A program made the translations under genes and the position numbers. A stretch of 64,000 nucleotides of DNA from Adineta vaga (Eukaryota > Animalia > Rotifera): the NCBI GenBank assembly GCA_021613535.1, contig CP075492.1, forward strand, positions 19,220,001 to 19,284,000, written 5' to 3'. Shown here in pieces: positions 37,974-50,253 of the stretch; the first letter of the stretch is position 1, and the number at the start of each line of letters is the position of its first letter. Below the pieces are notes generated by a model. That model did no database searches. It was not told where the DNA came from and saw nothing but the letters and a program-made list of their open reading frames with translations.

Positions 37974-38309
37974 ATGTCTACTAAGAATTTTTTATCAGCA
38001 ATTCGTTCTAAAGAAAGTGAAAATAATTATCAAACAGTAAATCCTACAACTCGTGCTTCCGGGGCTTATCAATTTATGGATAGCACATGGAAAAGTGTGG
38101 GTGGAACAACAAATCATGCAAAAGATGCTAGTAACCAAGAACAAGATCAAATTGCATCGACCTATGCCAATCATTTGCTGGATAAATATAATAATGATTA
38201 TCATACAGCAGCAAGAGCATGGAATCAAGGTGAAGCTGGTGCAGAAAACAATTCAAATGCTGGCAAAGATTATGCTGATGATATTATTAATCGGATGAAT
38301 CAATATTAA
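37974..38309 (+). CDS. Lytic transglycosylase / lysozyme-like (SLT/Rpf-like) protein
   Basis: IRSKESENNY (catalytic ES), ASGAYQFMDSTW, QEQDQIA and ARAWNQGE motifs; intronless, 111 aa. Confidence 0.85.
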   Translation: MSTKNFLSAIRSKESENNYQTVNPTTRASGAYQFMDSTWKSVGGTTNHAKDASNQEQDQIASTYANHLLDKYNNDYHTAARAWNQGEAGAENNSNAGKDYADDIINRMNQY

Positions 38310-38559
38310 TCATAATAAATAAGTCTTGTGGTAAAAACTTATCAAACCCAACTGATTAATGACTTTTATTTTTATTGCATAAACACGAAATCTTAATTCA
38401 TTTGTATTCAAATAACAATATGTAAGAACTTGTCTGTGTGTTTGTTTAAAGCATTTATTTATTAAACTCCATACAAATTTCTAAGTGCCAATGAATAAGA
38501 CATAGTTCTATTCATACTATCAAATATATTAAAGAGTCAGTGTCTCTTATTGTATAAGT

Positions 38560-38578
38560 ACATACACACCCTCAAGAT
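38560..38578. repeat. Telomere-like palindrome, C-rich arm only
   Basis: ACATACACACCCTCAAGAT. Confidence 0.6.
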
Positions 38579-39237
38579 ATGAATTAATGATTTATTGAAT
38601 AACTTTCTATTTCATTAAGGTGGAGAGAAAAACAAGTGAACTTTGTTAAATAGATTTAGAAAAAATTCTAATTTCATGAATAATTGAATGATGATTGTAA
38701 TTATTAGTTGAATTAAAACAAAAATATTATTCATTTTAAATGTTATTTCATTTAGCTAGATGAATTTTAAAGAATAAATTCTCCTAATAGGTTCATTTAA
38801 ACATTGGACAAATAAAAAATGATTTTCTTAACAAAAATTCCAATAAATATTTTCTTCTTTTTCAATTCAAATCGAGCCATTTCTTGTCCCATACATTACC
38901 AATGACCACAGGGTTGCCAGATGAAAAAGTTACAAGTCGGAGTTTTTTCTCCTGAATTCGGAAAAAATACTGAAAAAACTCGTATAATTTTTCGGAAAGC
39001 CATATTTTGATCTTCTGACGTTTAAATACTCTTTTGAAAATACCTTTTTTCTTTAATTTCTGATAGTTCGATGCTGTAGTTCTTTTGGATAGAAATTGAT
39101 GGTGAAATTTCTTCTTGATCTTGTTCATTAACAACTATACTCATATCCGCATCAGTAGATTTATCTTCCATTAAAACGTTTAGTTTATTCTAAAATGTAG
39201 ACATTATAACATATTAATGATAAATATTTATTTATGT

Positions 39238-39289
39238 TCTTGAGGGTGTGGGTGAGGACTAGCGAATTATCTACACTCACAGCCACCCT
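39238..39289. repeat. Telomere-like palindrome
   Basis: TCTTGAGGGTGTGGGTGAG...ACACTCACAGCCACCCT. Confidence 0.8.
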
Positions 39290-39533
39290 TTCTTCTTTTC
39301 TTTTCTTGTCTTTTCTGATGAAACTTCACTAGGAAGAAGTTTGTTGTTTCAACGTATTATGTCTATCTTGCAGAAAAGCGAAAGATGTTGCGCAAGATAC
39401 ATACCCGAAGGTAACAAAAGGAAAAAACCTTTTGGTGACGACATTTATATGTCATGCTCGACAGTAGAAGACTTGAACACATTTTCTCAGAAGAAAATCG
39501 TCGATTTCTTCTTCTTTTTTCACTGCAAAAATT

Positions 39534-39870
39534 ATGACTGATCGAACACCACCAGAGTCACAAGGATCAATAGAATTTGGTGGATCAGATTTGGTGTCTG
39601 AACACCGTGCATCAAATAGTTTCTCCGAAAATTTACAGTCAGCTGCAGGTATTCTAATATATTTCTTATTCAACAAAAAATCTTTAGTTTCTTCTTTGCT
39701 ATTTTATAGAAGAAACTGCGTCTACTGGTCGGATACAACAAAACCCAGTTCACGTCAATTATGGTTGTTGTATCATATGTAAAATCAATGAACGATGCAT
39801 TCTTTTTGTCGGATGCAATCATTTAGTTTGTTGCAATCAATGCTCTACTGTTATCAATAACTATTATTGA
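39534..39870 (+). pseudogene. Two-exon RING-HC (C3HC4, IAP/MDM2-type) gene lacking its last Cys pair
   Basis: Removing intron 39649-39709 joins the frame to CIICKINERCILFVGCNHLVCCNQCSTVINNYY*; the expected CPxC is missing. Confidence 0.7.
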
Positions 39871-40843
39871 CCTATTTTTCCTTATATTGTTTAGATTAGT
39901 TGTTCTATTAGTATTTGTTGGTATGATATCAATTCGATTATTTGAATCAATTAATGTTGTATTATTTGAACTGTTATTCTCAATGATATCTGTATGTGTT
40001 AAAGGTTGATTTATATAAACGTTAGATGTCGAATTATGAACAATAATATCATTTGTATTTGATGTGTTCCAAAGATTCGTTGTTGTATTGTTAAAATTAT
40101 CTATACAATTATTATTTGTTTTAGATTCAAGTGAACTTTTATTATCTAAAATAATGTTAAGATCATTTGAATTAATATCAATATTCTTGTCAAAGTTAGA
40201 AATCAATTTCTTATCTGAATCTTTGAATAACTTTGAAAACAATTTTTTTATTATTTTGTATGATAGATGGATTGATATTATTGTTATTAGTCAAGATATT
40301 TGTCGCATTATTATTAGTTGTGTTTGTTTGATCAATATGTTGTGACAATCTCTCTAACATGCGCTGTACGCGTGATACGGTTTTTCTCATCTAATGGATT
40401 ATCCTTATTTCTGTACATTCTGATGTACTTTGATAGAATATTTTCTTGCGTTCTCTTCTGTAGGGACGAGTATATAAACGCGTGTCTTGTATCAGAACGA
40501 TGCGATTTACGAGGAAGAAATAAATAAAGGCGTAGTTCCATCAGCGCATACATCTCTTCCATCAAAAATCGTCACATATGTGTATTATTATTATTATTTA
40601 CACTCGTTATTAATTTGTTTTTCGTATCAATTAATGATTTAATAAATGAATCGATTTTTGGATTATGATCTGTATTTGAAGATGTCGAACTATTCTTTAC
40701 ATTATGATTTGAATTGTTATTTCTATTAGAATTTTGTCGTTGACGATTATTATTGTTAATGTTCTTATTTCCTTTATTATTATTCGAATAAATAGAAGAA
40801 GATTTCGATGATTTATCTTTATGTTCTTTTGTTCGTTCAACCT
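39862..40843 (-). pseudogene. Asn-rich low-complexity ORF, frameshifted and split by a solo LTR
   Basis: After removing 40341-40576 the N/T/S-rich translation is continuous apart from shifts in A-tracts. Confidence 0.5.
40341..40576. mobile_element. 236-bp solo LTR
   Basis: TGTGAC...GTCACA termini (TG..CA, 6-bp inverted repeat) with a perfect 5-bp TSD TATGT (40336-40 and 40577-81). Confidence 0.85.
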
Positions 40844-41137
40844 GATAAAAAGGTGATTTTTTGTTAGTATATTATAATCGTGTTGATGTGAAATAATTTA
40901 AATAATTGATAAATAAAGATATAAGATAGAATGGTAAAATATACTCATTTTTTCAGTTTCGAATAAAAAATCGACAGATAGCTCCTCGACGAATGAAATT
41001 AAAGTTATCATTTGTGATATAAACTAAAGTCTTGTAAAGGTGTTCATCAGGTTTCTGATTGGTATATATAGAACAGCTGATTTTTTTTCTTTCTTTGATC
41101 CTTTCCCTTGCTTTCTTTGTGAATCATTCAATATCTA

Positions 41138-41175
41138 GTCTTGAAAATGAGGCGTTAATCCTCGAAACGTCGACC
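41138..41175 (+). ncRNA. Minimal type I hammerhead-like motif, U3-A8 variant (Penelope-like-element type)
   Basis: GTC-TTGAAAA-T-GAGG cgttaat CCTC-GAAAC-GTC-GAC: 3-bp stem I, 4-bp stem II and a palindromic ACGT stem III. Confidence 0.55.
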
Positions 41176-41607
41176 AATTTTGTCAATTTTTTCTTTTCTA
41201 TAAATTAATATTATTTATTAAATAAATTATAATCATTGAAATGAATAATTATTTATTATTTTTAATCAAAGTTTGAAACTAAAAATTAAATGAAAAAATT
41301 TAAAGCTGCTGTAATAATTATTAAATTTATAGTACAGTTAGAGATTGCGTCACAGGCAGACTTAAGTTACGATCGAAAAGGAAAAGAAAAAGGTGAAGGC
41401 AACACTGTCATTGTCTAAACTAAAGCCGACCGGTATCCTTCAGCAACGAGTAATCTTATGCAACAGTGATTGCCTAACGATCTTTTACCATTCACGTCAA
41501 ATCAGTCGACCTACTTGAAATTTAATATCTGAATCTTCCCTAACTAATCGCACCGAAACCACTTGACAGGACAATCTATATCTGACGCATACTTAGAACA
41601 ACACAAC

Positions 41608-41711
41608 CGGTCATGGCAGCTCAAAAATACTAAGGTGATATGGGACCTTCAATCTTCCTACTATTGGAAACAAAAGCCATCTGATGAGACCTGTGAGCAA
41701 GGTCGAAACCG
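41608..41711 (+). ncRNA. Type III hammerhead ribozyme
   Basis: CGGTC^ATGGC ... GCCAT CTGATGA GACCT gtgagca AGGTC GAA ACCG: complete core and three stems. Loop 2 TGAGC is complementary to loop 1 GCTCA (41619-23). Confidence 0.85.
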
Positions 41712-41980
41712 ATAGCGAAAGCAAGAGTACTAAAAACTTAGCGCACTATGGAAACTTACACTAAAGCCTCATACACCATCATGAACACACATCTTATGAA
41801 AACAGCCAGCAGAACACGTACAGGACGATTCCTGCTTTGATTTTGTGATCTTTCTGAATAAGTTTTTCGTACTTATCTCGACATATCACTGTGGATGTAT
41901 CTAATGATTAAGTTTATCCTTTTGTGGACAAATGAAACATTTACTATATCATTTAAACTCCTAGTTATTTATACAATTAA

Positions 41981-42000
41981 CTCACCCACACCCACACCCT
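41981..42000. repeat. C-rich telomere-like arm
   Basis: CTCACCCACACCCACACCCT. Confidence 0.75.
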
Positions 42001-42147
42001 ATTATTTGGTATTGAAGATCGATTGCTGAAAAGCAAACATTGAAATTAGCAGATTAATTTGTAGTTTAAAAAATATAAGTTAATCTGTTTCATATTGATT
42101 AAAATAAATATACGATAAACATAAGCGAAAAAGAGCTTATGAATGTT

Positions 42148-45100
42148 TTATGCATCAACTGAAATTTGATTGTTGCGACAGCGATTTGTAATTGAGAAGA
42201 TAATGCTGATTATGTAAGGAGTTATTAATCGTAAAACAGTGGTCAAACCACCGTATATAGCTAATAGGCGTGTAAATACATAAATGGTATCATGCCGTTC
42301 ATCAAATGTATACGAACAATACATTGGAGCGCATTGTTGATAAAATGATGTATATGAAAGATTGATTTTCCATTGTTCAACAAATAATTGATCGACAATA
42401 TCAATAAAACTTGTATTTAAAAGAAAACGACTTGGATATGTTGAATTCATAACTTTTATATCTCTTGCCAGAGGAGGATACAATGTACGGTCTGTTCCAT
42501 ATTGTTGAATTTGATTAATAGTTGTCTGATTATATAGAATTTGTAATGTTGATCGTAATACTGTTTCTACTGCCGAACATCCGACATTCAATCCTGACAA
42601 GGAAAGTAATAATCTATTGGTAAATATCTGATAGATACCACCAGGTGCACTACAATCACTTCGTTTACCACAGGAACATAAATTATTTGGTGATATAGGA
42701 ACGATAGATACTGTTGCATTACTTCTATTATCTCTAACAACATATTCCCAATTTAATAAATAACTCGACATAAAAGCATTTCCATGAGTAATATCACGTA
42801 GAAGTTGTAATGAACATGAAAATTTATATGGTGTATTGACTTGAAATCGACTAATAATAAGATTCATTCTTGATGAAAATTCTTTTTCAGATATTATTTG
42901 ATCATTGACTAAAATTTCCTCGAGAAATTTATCACGAGCATTATTAATTGTTGTTTTTGAAAGTTTACATAATGATGATATTAATCCAAAATATGCAGCT
43001 CCACGTCCACGAAGATCAGACTTTATTTGAAAACCCCAAAATCCGATGCCATATAGATAATCTAGCCAAACATCAGTAACAAAATCACTTACACATATTT
43101 GATGAAAATCTGCATCAATTTCTACAAATCCTTTATATGGTAAAGATAGATCAGCACAAGGACATTGAAGTGTATCAGTATAGAGTGCATATAATTCCTC
43201 GTATTGTGTTTGTGTTGGTGTCGAAACTATCTTACTAGTAGTTTCTTTTAGAATAATATTTGAAATAATATGAATTAAGATAAGACTTGAAAGAAGGACT
43301 AAATATAATCGTGAAGTTGATTGTTCATGTTGAATAATATGTATTTCAGTTGAATCACTTTTAAATAAATTTAATTTAATAAGTTTATTGTGAATTTCAG
43401 TTAAAAATGAAACTTGACGAGTATTTTTTGGATGTTCTTCTAAAATAAATCAATTAACAACGAGGTAACAAAAAACGTAATCATTCTCTACTTACGAATG
43501 TCAGCTGTTGAGTGGTCATTACTCTCGTATATTTGAGGATTCTTTTGAAATTTGTTAGTAAATGTCGAAAAAGTATTAGCCACAAATGGACTGATCAATC
43601 GAAGAATAACATTAAGACCACCAAATAATGCAATAATCGTTGTTACAATATAAATCGCATTACTTCTTTCTTGATATGTATATTTACAATATGCAGGACG
43701 ACATTTTTGATAAAAATTTTCATATGAACTTGATGTATTCCATTGTTCAACTAGAACTTCTTGAAGAAGAGCTTCAAAAGAAGTTGTTGGTAAGAATCTG
43801 CTCGTTATTGTTGAATCAAGTATTGTAATATTATTTGGAATATTTACACTGCCGTCAAGATAATATCGATTCAATGCTGTAACACAAGTTTGATTATACC
43901 AACATACAAGAGATGATTTAAGTGCCATATCCATCACAAAACATCCCATATATAATCCAGTAACTGACAAATTCCCTATACGCTCAACAGGCACTACACA
44001 TGATAAGTGTCGAGCACAATTGCAAGTTGTATTTTCTTCTGGATGGAAAATGACACTCTGTGTCATAATTTGTAATGGATTAGTTGAAGTAAATCCGAAT
44101 CGACTAAAATCTAATGTATTAAGTACTACATTTGTTTGTGTACTACTTAAATATTGATTTGATTGAAGTATTGTATTAATCATTGATAATGTATACTGAA
44201 ATTCAATAGGTATGAAATTTAAAAATGTATTCATTAATGCATTTCCTTGTGAATGAAAGAGGTTTCGTGGTAAAACCTGATTATTGATATATATTGTTGA
44301 AGAAAAGCCACGATTAGCATGAACAAATGTTAAATTTGCTAATTCACAAAATATTGATAACATTTGAAAATAAGATGATGCAACAAGACGAAAATCAAAA
44401 AACGTATTTAAACCGACATTTGATATGAGATTCAGAGTTTTATAAAACCATGGTTGAATAAAATCACTCGTACATAACTGATGATAACGTGGAATTATTT
44501 GAAATAGATTTCCATAAGGAATTTTAATATTAGTACATGGACATTTAAGTGTATTTGGATAAAGTTCTTGTAACATTTCATATTGTTCTTGTGAAGGTAA
44601 TTCTATAGTTTGATTTATTGTTTGAACGGATAATAATGTATAAAAAATGAGAATACTGATTGAAATAATTATAAGAATAATATAAAATCGTGTTGAAATA
44701 CGTTCTTTATTTGTTCGATTTAGATCATGTGAATGACTATTGAAAATATTCACTTGAATAATGCAGAGTTTTACTGTATTGATTAAATTTTGAAGTCGAA
44801 TTTTCATTGTCAAATCTAAAACTGAAAACATATAATGGCGGGACCAAATCGATTTTCGGATCTGCTTTTCCCCCTTTTAATCTCAGCCTTACTCAAAAGA
44901 TTAAAAATTTTTCAGTATGCTGTATATTTTATCTTACTTTCTGTTTGTTCTGGTTGTATTGTTGGTTTTTGTTTAAAACGTAATATAAAATTAATTATAT
45001 ATGGACTAAGTAAACGTAATGCTACATTAAGTCCACCAACTAAACCTATTATACTTGTAATAATAAATAATATATCAAATCGACGTGCTACAGTATAAGT

Positions 45101-46254
45101 ACAATAGGATGGTTTACATCGATCATAATATGATTTAAATGTAATTTCATTGATAACTTCTTCAATAAAAAGTTCACCGACTAATTGTTCAATGTTTGTT
45201 TGAGGTGTAAAACGACTTGAAAGAGATTTATCAAGTATTGAAATATTAATATCTCGTGAATAAGCTGATATAAGAGTATTTAAACATGTTTGATTATAGA
45301 AACATTCTAATGATGAAGAAAGTGTCATTTGTATTGGCAAACAATCAACAACAAGACCAGGTAATGTTGTATTAGCAATTAATTTGGTTAAATTAAATAA
45401 GCCATATGTTTCCCATGATTTATATAGATAAAGATTGCCAGGATTTGAACATGATCTATCACTTTGACAGTAACAAATTGTTGTTGATCCCGATTGTATA
45501 TATCGAGTTTGTTGAGAAAATAACACTGTATTGAATGTAGAATCCCACCCAGAAGATGATAATGGAACGATGAAATTAGTTGATACACCAGTTAAAAATC
45601 CACTTGCTTGTGTAATTTGACGAACAGCTGTAAATGATCGAAGAAGATTATCTGATGCTGTTTGACGTGTAAGATCAACTGATGCTTGTATTTGTGTTCG
45701 TAATAGATTTTCTTCAATTAACATCGAACTTATTAATGGTGTATTAGAAAATGTACCAAGTGTATCACTAAATGTTGTATTTGCATATTGACAAAGAGCA
45801 AATATTAATTGCCACATTGCACTCATACTTGTTCGTACATCCATTATCCAAATAAATGTTAAATTAGTTGCAAAAACGAAATCAATCCATGGTTGCGATA
45901 CAAATTTACTTGAACAAACTTGATGGAATGATGATGTAACACGAATAAATTCATTGTAAAGAATTGATATTTGTGTACATGGACATTGTAAACTATCGGG
46001 ATATAGTGCATATAATTGTTGATAATGAGTATGTGTTGGTTTTGTCAGAGTTTCTGTCTTAACATGAATGCTAAGTGCAGTATAAAGAGTTATAATCACA
46101 ACTGATAGTGACAAAAGAATTATAAATAATCGAGTTGAATATATTTCACGACGAATTGTTTCTGCATCTGTTGATTTTGTATTAAAAAGATTGAGTACAG
46201 CGATTTTAGCGAAAACAAAATTGGATAGGCATCGTAAACGTTCAATTACAACCA
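42148..46254 (-). CDS. Large membrane protein built from three tandem ~430-aa units (TM, Cys-rich ectodomain, TM), 3 exons
   Basis: Each unit contains STRxxIILL, LQCPC, FHQxCxSxF, GCxxxE..L.SSLxC.YNQTC and CxPxYCxYT...GGL motifs; GTAAG donors near 44935 and 43495. Confidence 0.8.
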
Positions 46255-46830
46255 TTTTGTCAACAATCAAAATAAGAAACTAGGAGAAAAAGAGAAAGTT
46301 TAAATTAACCAAGAAAATATGTTATTTTATTAACAAATGTAGAACATTTATATATGTTGGAAAAAACCAAGGTTACTCATCGTGTACAAAAAGTAATTAT
46401 ATAGTTACTTTCTGAACAGGAAAAACGGAGTATTTTGACGTCACAAGTCGTTTTTTCCTAATATTCATCAAAATATGTGCGTCATAGCTCGAGAAAAAAC
46501 GATATTTTATTTATTGTTTGTAGAAAAATTTCAACACAACTTGAAATGAAAAATATCAAGTAGGATTATTTTTTCGATATAAATTCTAAAGAAATAGTAA
46601 AAATATTGTAAGATGATTGCTCTTTCAATTAAAAATACAAACAAAAACCTTGAAAAAAAGCGAATAACACTAGAAGTAACTATAATCATTTTTTTTTGTT
46701 ACTGTTATTCATTCATAATGATTACTAACGCAATTTCTTAAGTGAACCAAGAAACTTCTCAGATAAATATGCAATGTTCTCAAAAAAACAAAAAAGTAGA
46801 ATAATAATCAAATCGAACACTAGTTGTCAG

Positions 46831-49800
46831 CAGAGATGGGCACGGTTCGCGGTTTTCACAATTTAAACCGAACCGAAACCGAAATGGGTAAAACCGAACC
46901 GAACCGAAACCGAGAGAAAGTTGAGTAATTCTGAACCGAACCGAACCGAACCGCCGATGCTGTAAAATGAACCGAACCGAACCGAAAAAAGTGTAAAATT
47001 TAATCGCAGATAACTAAGCTATGTCATCTTTATTTGAACTCGATTATTCTGTATTAAATTATTATTATCTATTATATTTATGAATATATGTATATAAAAC
47101 TACATCTTCGTCAATAACATCTTATTTTATTTTATTTCTGTTCTAAAGATTGAAGTTCATATAAATTTCTATCGCACAAAAATGATAACAAAACTATTCG
47201 AGCACATATATAAATAAACACAAAAAAGCAAAAAAGAGATATAAATAAAATTTCTCAAAAGACTCGAAAACATCTTTTCTTGATATCGTCTAATTGTTTT
47301 GAACATTTTTCTTTTTTATATCTTTCAAATGAATTTTGAAAAATAATATTGTTCACTGTTTCAGGAGATAATCGTGAACGCTTTTTCGTAACAATATTTC
47401 CTGCCAATGAAAACTCCCGTTCCACTGCAGCACTAGTTGCTGGTACTGAAAAAATACGTTTGGCAATTTTTGCTAAACGTGGATATAGTCTATGATTATG
47501 TTTCCAAAAGTTTAACGGATTGTATTCATCCTCATGTATAGAAGAATTTGAAGAACGTGATTCGTTTTGTTTATCTATTCCAAACTTTAGATAGTTTTCG
47601 ATTTCTATTTGATGTATAGCAGCTGTTGTATTTGGTACATCATCTTGTTCATCTTCTTCTTCGTAATAACTCTGCATAATTCGAAAAGCTTGATTTGCTT
47701 CACCACCTCGTCGTCTTGTCGATTTGCTGTTGTAACTGTTCTCTTCCGGTTGTTTGTCATTATCAAGTGAATCAAATACAATCATTTCTTGTTTTATATA
47801 TTCTAAACATAAATTTCGTTGATCAATCGTGCATTGTTTCATTTTTCTAGTTCTTGGATTCAAAAATAAAGCCATAAAATGGATAGGATGATAATCGAAC
47901 ATAGCTTCTAGTAATATTTTTGCACGTTGTCGAAAAAACAATACATCTACAGTGAAAATAATCAAAGTGTTGTTGACATATATAAATCAGAAATAATAAA
48001 CAATTTTACCTCGTTCACTCGATAGCTTCGCATCGTTTGACATCCATTCCAAATTCGCTTTTACACTTTCAATACCTGGTACAACAACATGAATAGATGG
48101 TATATTTGTTGATTGTAAACGTGTTGAGATATGTTTCCATGGCTTCAAAAACTCAATAATCTTTTCTAATAAGAAAACGTTGATCTTTTCTAATCGCTTT
48201 TTGTCCAGTTGTCGTTCGTCGAATATTTCATTTAATGGAAGATATGACTTATGCACCGATTCAAGAGAGTTAGACATTGATAACCATCGAACGACGGTGC
48301 TTTGCACCAACCTTGAAGCTTCTTTATCTTCAAGAGCTTGATTAAGATTTATCTAAAGAAAAGGAAGATAATCGTTTATTTTTAAACTTAAGAATATAAG
48401 AAATTTTATAAACTACATACGAGTTTTACATATTTAATCAATTGTTTTGCGGACAAAATTAAGGTAATAATACGTTTTGCTCCAGGTGGAATCTCTGATT
48501 TCAATATGGTCAAATGATTCACTTTCATTGAGATTGAGTTTAAAGTCGCATGAATCACTTTTTGTGGATGATGTTGTCGTCGTGGATTTGTTGATGGATG
48601 TTGTTGTAAATTTAAATCATCATTATCATAATCTTCACCTGATTCTTCAGAATCACTCATTTTTTCATCTTCATCTTCATCTTCTTCTTCGCCTTCATCT
48701 TCATCTTGAACTTGAGTTTTTGGTTGTTGATTTTTCTTTTTCTTTTCACTTTGAAAGAAAAGTCTTTCAAGGATATTATTCAATCTATGTGCTGAACAAA
48801 AAACGACTTCATATTCTTGTAATAATTTTTTTATATTAGACCCACGATCCGAAACCCAAACAATATCTTTCATATATCGGATAAGATCATAAATACCTAG
48901 TCCTTCTTTCAATACCTAAAGTTTTAGAGAAAAATGAGATTTGCTTATTAATAGAATAGGAAATTTCAGATTCTCTCACCTTCAACACATTAGGTGCTTT
49001 TTTATTCGGAGTATTAAATGGAATACAAAATATTTCGAACGAATGTAACGTCCAATTATCATCAGTCCAATGAGCAGTACATCCCAAATATGATTGTTGA
49101 CGATAAGCATCTGACCAAATATCAGGTGATACAACTAGACATCGTTCACGTACAGCTTTCAATAAAACGGTTTTTATTTGTTCACGTCCACTAGAAGCAT
49201 TCGATTTAATTAATTTGGAAACGGTTTTTCTAGATGACAAAATTGATTCAGCTTTGATTGGACCACAAGTATATCCTAGACGAAAAAAGATGGTGATATT
49301 CAAATTATGAGTAGTTTCAAGACGACAAGTGCCTATATGAATTGCTTCTTCGATTATTTTCTTGAATCCTGTATCTTCAGCAATACCTAATGGACGTATA
49401 TTCGAACATATCCATCCACCTAACAAATGTGCCATTTTTTGCTTATGAGATCCAAAATTCTTGTTGATCGAAGCAGGTAAAGTTTGTGATTTAATTAATT
49501 GTGATGAATTGGTTGATGTTAATGTTGAAATATGAGTTTGCTTTGGGTTAAAACGATCACACACTCGCATATGTTTATTCATATTCCTGGTGCTAGATGA
49601 ATATGTATATGTTATACTGCAATACTTGCACGATACAAATCTATCGTATGTTTCGTTCTCATTTTCATTAGTTTTTCGAGCCGGAATACCAAAACATCGC
49701 CAACAATCAGATTTTTTGTATTTGATATCAACAACAAACCAATCTTTTTTATTATATTTCAAGTTCGAACTAATAATTTCGGCAGATAAGTGTTGATAAG

Positions 49801-50253
49801 AACGAGATATATTTGATGAAGAATTTGATGAAGATGTAGATGGTGAATCAGAAGATGAATTTGTTAGTTGAACATCCATAGAACTTGATGGAGAAGCAAG
49901 ATCAATTACATCAGGTGTGTTTGATAAAGAAGAGATATTCATGTTGAATTTTTTTGTATTTGTTTGGTTATCACTAAAAGTACTTCGATACTTTTTCTAC
50001 ATGTGTTATACCATTGGCTAGCTCCTTTCATGTTCTTCTTGGACGAAGAAAGTAAAGAAATATATATATATATATATACATTTTCATTGGTATGTACGAC
50101 ATCTATTGATTCCTCCGTTTAACTTTTCATTTCTATACACTAATTTCAGTTGCATCAATTCAGCTGAAAACCGAACCGATCAGGTTAAGAACCGAACCGA
50201 ACCGAAACCGAGATCGATTTGAAAAGGTGTGAACCAAACCGTGCCCATCTCTG
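46831..50253 (-). mobile_element. Full-length hAT DNA transposon
   Basis: 17-bp TIR CAGAGATGGGCACGGTT, perfect 8-bp TSD GTTGTCAG (46823-30 and 50254-61), subterminal AACCG/GAACC repeat arrays at both ends. Confidence 0.95.
47255..49942 (-). CDS. hAT transposase (intron-containing)
   Basis: BED finger (CKYC...HMRVC), SPDIWSD, SDRGSN, CSAH, RWLS and C-terminal PATSAAVEREFS; the ORF pieces are separated by short GT-AG introns. Confidence 0.9.

Noticed and set aside
38908-39010. CAGGGTTGCCA hAT-like terminus (similar starts at 3122 and 24752)
   Set aside because: No matching second TIR or TSD found; at most isolated TE ends.
41030-41060. CTGATGA on the minus strand near 41044-41050 as a third hammerhead
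   Set aside because: No stem II followed by GAAA at a suitable distance.
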